Assembly (NCBI GenBank): GCA_030390025.1
Contig: CM059432.1
Span: 27,158,001 to 27,222,000 of the forward strand
Source: Squalus acanthias
Taxonomy: Eukaryota
DNA: 64,000 bases
Direction: 5' to 3'
Shown: positions 39,063 through 52,490 of the stretch, one piece after another
Position numbering within the stretch: the first letter of the stretch is position 1
Layout of the letters: each line of letters starts with the position of its first letter
Made by a program: the position numbers and the translations under genes
Notes under the pieces: generated by a model
What the model was told of the DNA's origin: nothing
The model's input: only the letters and a program-made list of their open reading frames with translations
Database searches by the model: none

Positions 39063-40570
39063 GGGGGCGATTTTGCCAGCCCTGGGGAGGCGGGTATGGA
39101 GGCGGGACTGCCGGGAAAATGGCAGAATTTGGGGGCGGGTGCCCAACCCGCCCCCAACCTGCCTCCATGCCATCTTCCCAGGAGGCGGGTAGCCGTCCCG
39201 TGCTGGGTCCCGTCTCCTTGCAGTCAGGAAGGGATTAAAACCTATTAACTGCCTGTTAGCAAATAGTTAACAGGCACAGAAAATAGGATTATCCCCTTTT
39301 TGCCCTCACAAGTGCGGGCTTCCCAAAGGCTTCAAAACACGCCAGCTCAGCTCAGCGAGTACTGGGGTCTGCGGGAGTCGGGGAGTGCAAAAGTGCGGTG
39401 TGAAAGTAAGTGATGGGTGCAAGAGTGTAGAGGTGAGTATCTGAGGTAAGTGCAAAGTGCTTTTAAAAGTGTACTTACCTTTGTTTCTTCCTGCAGGCTT
39501 CAGTTGTTTTGTATGCAGAGACTCTCGGACCTCCGTGTTGCAGGTGAGAGATGGCCATTGCATTCTCATATGCAACAACCATCTAATTTCTGTAAAAGAA
39601 AGAAGGTTGATGAGGTCTTGTATGCAAGACCTCGTCAAACTGCAGAGAATGTCACTGTTTGACAGCTTCACAGAGCTGTCAAAAGATGACGGCCCAGAAA
39701 TTGATCTCGCTCTGTTCCCGCGGGGGTAAGCCTTTCCCGCGATGTCTCACCTCGCTTATGCTTTTTCTGATCCAGCTCGCACGAAATTGATGTTCCAGAC
39801 ATCAGCTGTGCTGGGCTTGCGTATCCCAGCGGCGTAGTTAATTCGTGCGAGCTGTGGGATCACGTGACTCAGTTAGAGCCAATGGCAGCACACCATCTTC
39901 CATTCATAAGTCTCACAGCATGGCTGAGAGACTTATGAATCTTACACCCCCCCAAAATAACAGCTAAACCTCAATTAAATTTAAAAAAAAACCCATCACA
40001 TTAATAAAATAAGTATAGTTAATTAAATTAACCATTTTAAATAAAAAATTAAATTTTTGAAAAAATTTAAAATCTTTTAAAAAGTTATAAAAATAAACTT
40101 ACCTGTCTTTAAAGTCTATAAAAAAGATATACCTGTAAAAAAAAATTCAAAAAAATACTTAATTCACTACTTACCTTCTTAAAAGCGGGTCTTACTCCTC
40201 CTTTTTACATTTCCAAAATCTTCCCTACTTACCTGCGCGTCCAAAGCATGAAGTGCACAGCGTGCGCGCAGCCTGTAGCGCGCACGCGATGCACTCCGGC
40301 CCCGCCCCCTTTTCGGAAGAGCAATTGCCGGTTTTCAGCGCATGCACAGGGCATGCAGAAAACCGGCAATTGGAGTGGGAATACGCGAGAGTATGCAGTG
40401 CGTACTCTCGCGTCCCGGGATCAATTTTCGGCCAGACAATTCATCTGTCAAGGCTTTCCCTTGATTGGCCTGCTAAGCCCAAATCTGGCCACAAATCGAT
40501 GGAGGCGGGACATCGACCCGACAAGCAGCAGTCCCGCCTCCAACGCGCCCCCATTCACAAAATCGCCCCC
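39063..40570. mobile_element. Harbinger-type MITE (outer)
   Basis: TIR gggggcgattttg..caaaatcgccccc; interrupts CR1; TSD imperfect. Confidence 0.8.
39691..40434. mobile_element. Nested MITE with multiple internal hairpins
   Basis: ggcccagaaattgatc..gatcaattttcggcca, TSD GAC. Confidence 0.7.
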
Positions 40571-42590
40571 TCCCTTTTTGTAGCTCTTACTATCTGTTTT
40601 GTGACCCTTTGCTGTTCTTTGTATCTTTCCCATTTGCCAGGATCTGTGCTAATTTTTGCATTTTTGTATGCTTTTTCTTTTAGTTTTATGCTGTCCCTTA
40701 CCTCTTTAGTCATCCATGGCTATTTATTTTGGCAAGTAGAGCTCTTGCCCCTCAGGGATGTAAACTGGTTCTGTATCACGTTAAATTCTTCTGTCAGTTT
40801 ACCCATTTACCCAGAGCGCTTGACATGTAGTAATCGGCAACTTTAGAATTGACTATACTGGTGCTGGAAAACGTTCAGTGATTTTTGGCAGATTTAAACA
40901 ACTGCCTGATTTAAATAGGGATGCTTTAAGTGATGGGGACTGTATGTAGAATATATTAAACTATGTGACTTCTTAAAGAGATGGCGTCACCATGTTAGAG
41001 AGTGCTTGAGCTGACTGAGTTCCTGTAACAGACAGGAATCGTCTGATACTTCACAGCTGAGTTGCCAATTCGGATGTCATAATGCTCTTGATTCTTTATA
41101 ATTTTTCTTTGTTAAATCTTAGCATTGAATAATACATGTTTAGAGCTAGGTATGATTGATGAGTTGATGACAATATTACATTGAGGATTACCTCAGTATT
41201 CAGGGAATTCTCCCAGTGTCCTGGCTAACATTCATTCCTCAACCAACATCAAAAATCAACAGGCCATTTATAGCATTCTCTGTTTGTGGGACATTTCAGT
41301 GTGAAAATTGGCTACTGCATTTATCTACAAAGTAACAGAGAGTCGCAATGCGGATTCCGCCCACTAATGGACATGATCTTCACCGCGTGTTAATTACAAG
41401 AGAAATGCACCAACCACTGTACATGGCCTTCTTTGACCTCACAAGTGCCTTCGACACTGTCAACCGTGGAGTGTCCTCCTCAAGTAAGGCTGCCCTCAAA
41501 AGTTTGTCACCATCCTCCTCCTGCTTCACGACGACATGCAAGCTGTGATCCTGACCAACGATTCCACCACAGACCCAATTCCCGTACGGACCGGGGTCAA
41601 GCAAGGTTGTCATCGCGCCAACACTCTTCTCGATCTCCCTTGCTGCAATGCTCCATCTCACCCTCAGTAAGTTCCCCGCTGGAGTGGAGCTAATTTACAG
41701 AACAAACGGGAAACTGTTCAACCTCCGTCACCTCCAGTCCAGATCCAAGGTCGTCCCATCCTCTTTCATCGAATTACAGTATGCAGACGACGCTTGCGTC
41801 TACGCACACTCAGAGGTCGAACTCCAAACCATCGTCAACACCTTCACCGAAGCATACGAGAGCATGGGCCTTACACTAAACATCCATAAGACAAAGGTCC
41901 TCTACCAACTTGCCCCCGCCACACAGTACTGCCCCCCGATGATCAAAATCCATGACAAGGCCTTGGACAATGTGGACCACTTCCCATACCTCGGGAGCCT
42001 ACTGTCAACAAAGGCAGACGTCGAAGACGAAGTCCCAACACCGCCTTCAGTGTGCCAGTGCAGCCTTCGGTCACCTGAGGAAAAGAGTGTTTGATGACCA
42101 GGACCTCAAACCCGGCACCAAGCTCATGGTCTACAGAGCAGTAGTGATACCCGCCCTGCCTGTATGCTTCAGAGAGATGGACCATGTACAGCAGGCACCT
42201 CAAAGCACTGGAGAGGTACCACCAACGCTGCCTCCGCAAGATCCTGCAAATCCATTGGCAGGATAGGCGCACCAACATCAGTGTTCTCGCTCAGGCAACC
42301 ATCCCCAGCATCGAAGCTTTGACCACGTTCGATCAGCTCCGATGGATGGGCCACATCGTCCGCATGCCCGATACGAGACTCCCAAAACAAGCGCTCTACT
42401 CGGAGCTCCGCCACGGCAAGAGAGCCCCAGGTGGGCAGAGGAAATGCTTCAAGGACACCCTCAAAGTCTCCTTGAAAATGTGCAACATCCCCACCAACAT
42501 CTGGGAATCCCTGGCCCAAGACCGCACAAAGTGGAGGAGAAGCATTCGGGAAGGTGCCGAACACTTCGAGTCTCTTCACCGGGAGCAAGC

Positions 42591-44865
42591 TGTAGGGGGT
42601 GGTGGTGGTAGGGGTCAGCCTTACCCCTGACTCAGTGAGCGGTTCGAATTGCTCCCACGCCCCAGGTTCAGACCTTCGACTTATTTAGGGGTTGTGAATA
42701 AAGATGCAGTAGACAACAGGCTCCGATGAAAGAATTTTGACTTTTATTAAAAGAAAAAGGTAACAAACTTAAAACACACTTCACACTTAAACAGGTTGGG
42801 GAACACACAGTACAGGCGAGGGAGAATAACAATATAAAAAAAACCCTTATCCCTCCGAAAAATCCCACTATCTAGCTAGGTTTCGGTTTCAGGAGATCAG
42901 GGATAATGCTCACCAAACAGGGGTTTTAACAGTGCAAAATCCAGCCAGGTAAGTTGATGGTGGTCTGGTCATCGAGTGTCTTCCTGGAACGTGCTGCTTC
43001 TGGAACAGAGCCGAGAGGGAGAGTCTGGAGAGAGAGAGCCTCTTGGGGAATTACTTGTGATATTATACATGTTCACTCCTTTGTTCTTTTCTTCGCTCCC
43101 AGAACCCCTTACTAAAAATAGTTTAGTGCTGAAGTGATTTGATTTCAGTTGAGGCCTGTTCATTCCATTGTCTTGGTTCCTTGCAGGCTTGTTAAGTTTT
43201 GATGGGTTTAACTTGGTGTTAAAATGTTCTGAACTCTCTTCTTACTGAACTGTTGTAACTGCTTGATGGGCCTTCAATTATGCTAAACCAAATCAAATCC
43301 TGGTCATTGTAAGACCTCGTTACTAGTAACGGCTTTTTACTGAGTGTCAAATGGCTTGCGTCCTGTCGGTCTGTTGTTTAATCGGAGTTTGCATTGTCCT
43401 CATGTTTTGGGTTTCTTGCTGGGCCTAGCACTCCTATCTTTATGCGTCTCTTTAATGGGTTCTGTGTTTTGGGTGGGGCTGCCTTCTCCCAGGGCCTATT
43501 GTCAAAATGTTAAATAACAACAGAAAACGCTGGAAAAACTCAGCAGGCCAGGCAGCATCCGTGGAGAGAGAAAGAGAGTTAACGTTTCAGGTCGATGACC
43601 TTTCGTCAGAACTGTGAAGAGCCGGAAATCAAATAGATTTAAGGCCAGAGTAAAGCTGGGAAAAGGGGGAGGGGATAAAAGAACAAAGGGGGAGATGAAG
43701 AGACATTAAGAGACATTAAGAGATCTGCAAGGCTAGAGGTGGTGTTAATGTGACAGATTAAGGCTGAAAGAAGTGTGAAATCCACTGGCAGAATGAAGGA
43801 CAGCTGCCAGCTTCTAGGAGGAAATAAAAGGTGGGGGGGGGCAAATAAAAGGGTGGAAAAAATAAAATATAAATGTGATTGGAGCTGAGGTTATGATCTA
43901 AAATTGTTGAACTCGATATTGAGTCCAGAGGGCTGTAGCGTGCCTAAACGAAAGATGAGGTGCTGTTCCTCGAGCTTACGCTGCGCTTCCGTGGAACAGT
44001 GTAATAGGCCGAGGACGGTGAGGTCAGAGTGGGAGTGAAGCGGTGAATTAAAGTGACAGGCCACCGGGAGCTCGGGGTCCCCCTTACGGACTGAACGGAG
44101 GTGATCCGCAAAGCGGTCACCCAATCTGCGTTTGGTCTCCCCAATGTAGAGGAGACCACATCGTGAGCAGCGAATACAGTATACTAAATTGCAGGAAGTA
44201 CAAGTAAATCGCTGTTTCACCTGGAAGGGGTGTTTGGGGCCCTGGACAGTGGGAAGAGGGGAAGTATAAGGGCATGTGTTGCATCTCCTGCGCGTGCACG
44301 GGAAGGTGCCGGGCGAGGGGGAAGGGGTGCTGGGGGTGGTAGAGGAGTGGACTAGGGTGTCGCGGAGGGAGCGGTCCCTGCGGAATGCTGAAAGGGGAGG
44401 TGAGGGGAAGATGTGTTTGGTGGTGGGATCACGTTGGAGGTGGCGGAAATGGCGGAGGATGATCCGTTGAATGTGGAGGCTGGTGGGGTGAAAGGTGAGG
44501 ACAAGGGGAACCCTATCGTGGTTCCGGGAGGGAGGGGCAGGGGTGAGGGCAGAAGTGCGGGAGATAGAACGGACACGGTCGAGGGCCGTGTCGACCACGG
44601 TAGAGGGGAATCCTCGGTTGAGGAAAAAGGAAGACATGTCGGAAGCACTGGCATGGAAGGTGGCATCATCAGAGCAGATGCGGCGGAGACGTCAAAATGT
44701 TAATGTTTGCTGGGGCTTGAATTCCAGCCTTTTAAAATGCCAAAGCTTGGTTTTTGTCTTAGATTCCTTATGTTAGGCCCAAATGCATTTTTATCACTCT
44801 GGGGTAGTTCCAAAGTCCTTTTTCCTTAGATTTTTGGGGATCTGCAAATTTTGGAAACTTTTACA
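42591..44865 (-). mobile_element. Solo LTR (~1.1 kb) carrying a PLE insertion
   Basis: TGT..ACA ends, 4-bp TSD AAGC. Confidence 0.8.
43514..44690 (-). mobile_element. Young PLE, 5'-truncated
   Basis: Open 248-aa ORF 43891-44637 (linker + GIY-YIG); 13-bp TSD gtcaaaatgttaa. Confidence 0.93.
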
Positions 44866-45569
44866 AAGCGGAAGCCAAGTACAAGCAGCACACGACAACC
44901 CAAGCACCCCACCCACCCACCCCTTCAACCATCGTCTGCCCCACCTGTGACAGAGACTGTAGGTCCCGCATTGGACTCATCAGTCACCTGAGAACTCATT
45001 TTTAATGTGGAAGCAAGTCATCCTCGGTTCCAAGGGACTGCCTAAGAAGAAGAACAGTGACTGCACTTTCAAAAGTAATTAAATGCTTGTGAAACATTTT
45101 GGGACATGCTGAGGAAAGGAAAGCATTATATAATAGAAAATTATTTCTTTAGTGAATCTGGATACCGTCTTGATGGGGCAAAGAAATATCAGACTATGCA
45201 GTTACTTAACTTAATTGCTTATTCGAAAATTGATAGCTTTTAGTTCGCTGCTGTAATCATTAAATACTGCGCTTAACCTATATCAGAATGTGCAGTGTGA
45301 TCAACCACCTCAATAACTACCCTGAGCAGTAATTAACTAACTCATACCAAGTCCCGTTCACCCATCGTCCCTGAGCTCGCTGACCTACATTGACTTCTGG
45401 TCCGCCAACACCTTGATTTTAAAATTCTCATCTTTGCTTTCAAATCCCTCCATGGCCTCACCTCTCCCTAGCTCTGTAACCATCTCCAGCCCTACAAACT
45501 TTCGAGATCTTTGTGCTTCTCTAATTCTGATCTCTTGTGCATTTTGATTTTAATCACCCCACCAGTCAG

Positions 45570-45855
45570 GAATGGTAGCATAGTGGTTATGTTACTGGAC
45601 TTAGTAATCTAGAGGGCTAGACTAATAGATCTGTGAGATATGAGTTCAAATCCCACCATGGCAGCTGGGGAATTTAAATTCAGTTAATTAAATCAATCTG
45701 GAATAAAAAGCTAGTATTAATAATGGAACTATTGGATTGTTGTAAAAGCCCATCTGGTTCACTAATGTTCTTTAGTGGAAGGAAATTTGCCATGGGATGG
45801 GCAATAAATGCTGGCCTTGCCAGTGACACCCACATCCCATGAACAAATTTTAAAA
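45570..45855 (+). mobile_element. tRNA-headed SINE inside an L2 3' fragment
   Basis: tagcatagtgg..gagttcaaatccc head; ccatctggttcactaatg body; gggcaataaatgctggccttgccag tail. Confidence 0.75.
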
Positions 45856-46252
45856 AAACCATTGGTGGTCATGCTTTCAGCTGCCTCGGCCCTAAACTCT
45901 GGAATTACCTGTCTCTCCTCCTTTAAGATGCTCCTTAAAACCTCACCTGTCCTAATACCTCCTTACGATAGCAAAATACTGCGGATGCTGGAAATCCGAA
46001 ATAACAACAGAAAACGCTGGAAAAACTCAGCAGGCCAGGCAGCATCCGTGGAGAGAGAAAGAGAGTTAACGTTTCAGGTCGATGACCTTTCATCATCATC
46101 AGTGATCAATATGGTATTGGCAGTTAAGTTATTGTTAAGTAAGTTGGTTTTTCCTTCTAGTTAATTCTAAACACCTGGCTCCCCAGTCAGCCTGAACTTC
46201 ATACAGTTGGGCTATAGTTTGAGTGCAGGCCTTCTTCCCTGAACGACATTGG

Positions 46253-47140
46253 GGGGGGGAAATTCAGTTGGTTGCACCTCCCGTTAGCGCCTTAAGAGGG
46301 CGCTAATGGGGCGCAAAGCATTTAGCGCCCGGGCACGGCGATGTTTGTGCCGCTCGCGAAATTAACTAGACATTTTGCGGCGGCGCTAAACACTACCGCC
46401 ACGATCTCCTGCGCCGGCAGATCGTGACATCAGTCGAGTGCGCAACGCCCCGGTATCGCCCCAGAGCGGATATTGAGTGGCGCCCCCTGCCTTACTGCCT
46501 GCTGCTAGCAACGACAGGTTGAGGGGAGCGTTTTGCAGTCATGAAGGGACTGGGGGAGCGCTATTTAAAGGCGACCGCTTCCTGCCTTTTATTGTTGATG
46601 ACATTTTTGAACCATGCATTCTGAGAGAGAGAGAGACTTCTGGAGAGATTCAATGCTGTGTGAAGGAGTTTTGGGTACTGAGCAGCACTTTGCAGGTTCA
46701 TTTTGATTTGCCCTTCCTTGTATCGATTTAGAAGAGACTTTGGGGGCTGCACTCTGAGCTCTTTCCCTGGGCCTCTCCATTGTTCTTTCCAGCAGATTTG
46801 ATGTGCAGGTCTCTCCAGGCCGAGATTCAAGGCTGCAATGAGCAGGATGTGGATGGAAAGCAAGATCAACCATCTCTTTAAGAACTGGCCCGTGCCATTG
46901 TGTGTGTGTTCCATTGCTGACTGACATCACATGAGCTTCTCCAGCGCTCTGAGGTAGCGCCTCGCTCCTCGGCCTTTGCGCCTTAAGACAGGTGTGAAGC
47001 GCCTGATTTAGCGCTCCAATCACCTCCAAGGGTGATAAAAGTCAAGTTTGCAGTCGGTGACGATAATTAGCGGCAGGTGCTAATCTTTGCGCCCGGCCGA
47101 TAATTGCGCCCCAAATGGGGCGATACTGAATTTCTCCCCC
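46253..47140. mobile_element. Harbinger-type MITE
   Basis: TIR gggggggaaattcagt..actgaatttctccccc, TSD TGG. Confidence 0.8.
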
Positions 47141-47247
47141 TGGTAAACAAGTTGGATTTTTATGATAATCCAGCAGCTTCATTTTGTGCTGTTACAAATC
47201 ACCAGATTAATTGAATTGAGTATCATATTTCATTAATGCTAATGAGC

Positions 47248-47927
47248 ATAAGAACATAAGAAATAGGAGCAGGAGTAGGCTATTCGGCCCTTCGAGCCTG
47301 CTCCGCCATTCAATAAGATCATGGCTGATCTTCTACCTCATCTCCACTTTCCTGCACTATCCCCATATCCCTTGATTCCCTTAATATTCAAAAATTTATC
47401 GATCTCTGTCTTGAATATACTCAACGACTGAGCCTCCACAGCCCTCTGGGGTAGAGAATTCCAAAGATTCACCACCCTCTGAGTGAAGAAATTTCTCCTC
47501 ATTTCAGTCCTAAATGGCCGACCCCTTATTCTGCAACTGTGACCCCTGGTTCTAGACTCCCCAGCCAGGGGAAACATCCTCCCTGCATCTACCCTGTCAA
47601 GCTCTGTAAGAATTTTGTATGTTTCAATGAGATCACTTCTCATTCTTCTAAACTCTAGGCCTAGTCTACTCAAACTCTCCTCATAGGACAATCCTAGGAA
47701 CCAGTCTGGTGAACCTTCGTTGCACTCCCCCTATGGCAAGCATATCCTTCCTTAGGTAAGGAGACAAAAACTGTACACATTACTCCAGGTGTGGTCTCGC
47801 CAGGGCCCTTTTTTAAAAATATAATTGCAGTAAGACGTCTTTACTCTTATACTCAAATCCTCTTGTAATAAAGGCTAACATACCATTTGCTTTCCTAATT
47901 GCTTGCTGTACCTACATGTTAACTTTC
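47248..47927 (-). mobile_element. CR1 3' fragment
   Basis: Same family as 14758-15619. Confidence 0.88.
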
Positions 47928-48439
47928 ATTGCAACAGTGACTACACAGAACTTCATTGGCTGTAATGAGCATTGGGACATCCTGAAATCGTGAAAGGTGC
48001 TATATCAATGCAAGTTCATTCTTTCTGTCTTTTAATGTCAATTTCTACGGGCATTAGCAGTTGAAAATATACCTGACAGCAATGACCCCCATAAGCTGCA
48101 CTGTCTCCTGCGCGAGCTGCCTCCCCCATTGCGCAACCCATGCACGGTATCTACAGTGTAAAAGTTGGTGAGAGGCCGGAGCATGGCCGCACAGCTCAGT
48201 GGGAACATTGCCTGAGAGTTGTTGAAAATGAGAATGAATCCATAGAACTACAGATACACTACAGGTGTGCCTCAAAGCTGTGTTTCATTCTTGTGGTTTA
48301 GAAAATGTTATTCTACATCCATTACCTAGGCATTGCAAGTGAAATTAGTCACTATAGTGCTGTTACTCTGTGCTGATTGTAGGGATGATTCCGCACCTCC
48401 ATGCTTCCAGTGAGGAGCCATGCTCACAACAACTTGGAT

Positions 48440-48922
48440 TTATCACCCCCTCCTCTTAAAACCCACCCTTGACCCTTCTATCCTTGCAAACTTCCCCCCA
48501 TCTTCACCCTCCCTTCACTCCCCAAAGTCCTTAAATGTGTTGTTGTCTCCCAAATCCATGCCTATCTTCCCACAACTCCATATTTAAGCCCCTCCAATCA
48601 GGTATTCACCCCTGCCATAGTACTGAAACGGCCCTTATCAAAGTTACAAATGACATCCTATGTAACTGTGACCGTGGTAAACTATCCCTCCTCACCCTTC
48701 TCGACCTGTCTGCAGCCTTTGACAAGGTTGACCACACCATCCGCCAATGTCTCTCCTCCGTCGTCTAGCTGGGTGGGGCTGACCACGCCTCATTCCATTC
48801 CTATCTATCCAGCTGTAGCCAGAGAATCACCTGCAATGGCTTCTCTTCCTGCTCCCGCACCGGTACCTCTGGAGTCCCTCAAGGATCTATCCTTGGCCCC
48901 CTTCTATTTCTGATCTACATAC
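48440..48922 (+). mobile_element. L2 RT fragment (resumes at ~53857-53983)
   Basis: [28 protein letters not shown]. Confidence 0.8.
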
Positions 48923-49531
48923 TGTAAGCTAAAGCCTAGAACAGTGGTCCCCAACCTGTGGTCCGCGAGGGTACTGCAGGTGGTCCGTGAAAAAATGGTC
49001 CAAACCCCTAAAATAAACGTGTCTGTTGTCTACAGATGTTGAATGACCCGCCGTGTGGTTCCAGTGTTTTTATTGCTGTTTAAATCTGGGTTTTGGGGAT
49101 AAGCTGATGGAAGTGAAAACCTGCCGGTGATGGAGGGCGGGCTGGTTTTCTGGAAAGCGCAAATCAACTGGGCCGAAAAATCAGCTCCAGACAAATTCAC
49201 CAAAATATTTCCCACCGCACTACCGCACAACGGCAAGTACTGCTCCACTCTATCATATAAACCCAACCAGCGCCCCCTCAATTCAACAATCTTCACCAGT
49301 GTCCCCACTAATATACAACCTCAGGTGTGTGGGACTTTGACAGTGGGTTTTATACAACAGCAGCCGCCAGTCCTCTTGTGTCACACTAAGTAAAGCTAGA
49401 CGTCATAAATATAAGATCCTCAATAATAAATCCAGTTGGGAAATCAGGAAAAACTTGTTTATGCAAAGAGTGGTTGGAATGTGGAACGCGATACCACAGG
49501 TACCAGATATCAGTGAGCTGAGCAGACAGTT

Positions 49532-49606
49532 GACACCGTGGCTTAGCTGGTCAAAGCGCCTGTCGAGTATACAGGTAGAACTTGGGTTCGATTCCCAGCG
49601 GGGCAT
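49532..49606 (+). pseudogene. tRNA-Thr(AGT) pseudogene
   Basis: gacaccgtggcttagctggtcaaagcgcctgtcgAGTatacagg..ggttcgattcccagcggggca then T-run; U33 and acceptor stem mutated. Confidence 0.85.
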
Positions 49607-50707
49607 TTTTTAAAGAACAAAATATTCTCTTAAGATCCCACAGAGGTTGGTTGCTTCTCGTTTGAAAGTGCTGCAATCCTTTGGGATGGGAACGGAAAAA
49701 AGGCTCATCCCAAATACATATTAAAGTCTGACTGTCATTCGGCCAACATGCGAACATTTCCTCCAGTCTGTGACAGAAAGTTAACGGTTTATTAATGGCG
49801 ATTAAAGCAATTATTCATCGTGATACTGCCTTTAATTATATGTTCGTGTAATTAATTTAATAAACTGCACAACTGTTTTATAAAAATCAGACCGGAAATC
49901 AACCCCGTGCTCTGGTTGCACCGAATTCCAACCCCTGGCCCACCGAGGAAAGCTCCACCCAGCAGCTGTGAGAGCTGTCAATATACTGGGTGCATTCCTG
50001 CTAGATACAAATGTATTCCTGACTTGTGATCGATGTAAATGTTTATTATCTCTGCAAGTTACAAGTGTCTGTAGATATATCTGAATTAATTATTCATTTA
50101 TTGGGACGCATCTGTTTAATTCCAGATCCAAACAACTCGCAGTTTAAAAAAAAAATGGTTCCTAATGTCGCCTCGGATTCTTCTGCCAATCACCTTCAAT
50201 CTGTGTCCTCTGGTCACCGACTCTTTAACCACTGGAAAAATGTTTCTCCTCATTTACGATATCAAACCCATTCATGAATTTAAACACCTCTGTCAAAACC
50301 TCTGCTCTAAGGAGAACAACCCCAGCTTCTCCAGGCCCCCACATTCTGAAATCCCTCATCCCTGGTACCATTCCAGTGAATCACTTCTGTTCATTTCTTC
50401 CTTCTAATAAATAACTACAGTGGAACGCTTCTAAGAAAAAGCACGAACAGAATAAAAAAAGAGAGAGAAATAAATACTGAGCAAAATGGATGTGAATGTT
50501 TAAGAACAGAAGAAATAGGAGCAGGAGTAGGCCATGCGGCCCTTCGAGCCTGCTCCGCCATTTAATGAGATCATGGCTGATCTTATAAGGTGAAATAGCA
50601 GAAGGTCTGGGTTTTATGATCGGTCAGTGAGTGGAATTCATCTTTCAATCGGGGTTTGGCCGTTCGATTTACTGATAAAGACAGACAGAGAGAATTGTTG
50701 CAGACAG

Positions 50708-50780
50708 GGCCGGCTAGCTTAGTCGATAGAACATGCGGCTTTTAATCTCAAGCTCGTGGGTTCGAGCCCCAGGTTGGGTG
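50708..50780 (+). pseudogene. tRNA-Lys pseudogene (CTT-type body, anticodon reads TTT)
   Basis: ggccggctagcttagtcgatagaacatgcggctTTTaatctcaagctcgtgggttcgagccccaggttgggtg; several stem mismatches. Confidence 0.85.
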
Positions 50781-51270
50781 GTTATTTTTACTGCTGATTT
50801 TACAGGCGATCCCCAGCTCTGAATTCCGAGGGAGAGAGTCCAAGGAGTGTTTGATGTAAATGAGATACAACAACAATATCAGTAAATCTCTCCATGATTC
50901 TGGACTCTTATCTCTCTCTATTTGAACTTCATATCATTTCACCTACAGCTCGGCGTCAGTGCGGCTCTGTGGGACATCGGGCCAGTCTCACCCTTCACAA
51001 CGCATCAGTGCCGGTTAAACAACGGGGAATTTTACACACATGTTGTGCTCAGCAACTTCTTATAAAAACTTCAGTATACTTCACTGCGTGTCCAACCCTG
51101 TGAGGTCTCCCCTGGAGTGACAGCTTTAGATGTTTATAAACACGTCAGCAGAACATTAACATAACCCGAGTTCCGAGATCTGGTCGGGTCCCATTCCCCT
51201 GAAGTGATTAATGAGCAGGAGGGATCAGAGTTTCTTTAAAAGAATGACACGAAAATCACTTTGATGTGAG

Positions 51271-51298
51271 GCCGAAATAGCTCAGATGGGATTCGGCG
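51271..51298 (+). pseudogene. Internally deleted tRNA-Phe remnant
   Basis: gccgaaatagctcagatggga (5' end) joined to ttcggc (3' end), then T-run. Confidence 0.6.
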
Positions 51299-51805
51299 GC
51301 TTTTAGATATTTTGTGTCTCTTTCTTTGGGTCCTTTTCTCGAACTTACCAGTTTAAGCTGAAGTCTTTTATCTGCCACTGAAGGGTTGGGTTTGAATAGA
51401 GAGAGACATCAAGGATGGAAACTATTTCTATTGGCTGTATTTAGCTTTTATTTCTCTATTTCCTTCTGCCCCTTTCTCTGGTTTTTGTCTCTCTCGGGGC
51501 CGGGTGAACATTTGATTTGATACATTTGTCCTAAACTGATGCCTTTTACACATCTCGGGGCGGTCAGACACGCTCTGTCTGTCTGTTGCTGCCTGTGACC
51601 ATTAACGGAAACAGGCCGCCAGTTAAACGTTTCTCAGCAAACCGAAGAAAGACAAATAAACAGAGAGATGTGTTGCTCCGCCCAGTGCAAAGCTGAAATG
51701 GATGTTATTGAAAATAAGTTCCCCCTGACAGCTTGTGTAGATTTTTTGTAAAGTCTGGATTTTCAATGTCAGGAGAAACCGAAAAAGTAAGAAATAAACT
51801 GCTGA

Positions 51806-51879
51806 TGACCCGTACAGGGATTAAACCCGTGCCCTTAGCGATATCAGCACCACGCTCTAAACAAGTGTGATAAAAGCTG
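51806..51879 (-). pseudogene. tRNA-Ile pseudogene (AAT-type body, anticodon reads GAT)
   Basis: Reverse complement ttagagcgtggtgctGATatcgctaagggcacgggtttaatccctgtacgggtca. Confidence 0.75.
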
Positions 51880-51908
51880 TCCGGATTGTTCGAGCCCCAC
51901 GCTGGGCG
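51880..51908 (+). pseudogene. tRNA-Lys 3' remnant
   Basis: gttcgagccccacgctgggcg matches the tRNA-Lys(CTT) T-arm and acceptor strand. Confidence 0.6.
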
Positions 51909-52490
51909 GTTCGTGTTTTACTTCTCACACTGGGTCACAGAGTTATTGTACAGACAATGAGCACACCACATCCCTTAAACATGATTCCGATATAAAATAA
52001 TCACTGTTCGATAAAAACCGAGTATGTAAATCGAAAGTAACAGGAAAAGAGCACTTAATTGTGAAAAGAATGATTGCACCAACAGTGAAGGGGAATCTGC
52101 CGGCCTCCGCCATTCTAATCCTGTGACTGGGAGTTTGGTTCGGGCAGAGGTTTGACTGTGACGACACGAATACCAGCCTCCCCCCCCGCCCCCACCATCC
52201 ATGTTAAACCTGAAAAGTGTCTGGCAAAAATTCGGAACAGGCAGGGAGGAAGTAACCATTCGGAGAGGTTTGTGTTTCTGAATCCCTAACTCTTCTGGCT
52301 CTTTTTGACATGTCCCCATTCAATGTACAGACCCTCTGCTCAGTCTGCCCCTCGAGACCTGTCACCTCACATTTCTCTCCAGCTAATTTCAAAACATGTT
52401 TTACACACCCCTCCAGGATTGTCCTGGAGTCCCCAATACTTGTCAATTGTAGCACTTTCTGAAATACTACCCGTGTCATGTGTTAGTCAA

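Larger units (their letters stand above)
36426..40800 (-). mobile_element. CR1 ORF2 remnant interrupted by a PLE and nested MITEs
   Basis: RT pieces at 36426-37922, 38663-39062 and 40571-40800. Confidence 0.88.
41340..45054 (+). mobile_element. RTE (BovB-like clade) LINE 3' half, split by an LTR
   Basis: AFFDLTSAFD, GVKQG, ELQYADD, F.YLGS, RWMGHIVRMPD.RLPK; (aag)n tail. Confidence 0.88.
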
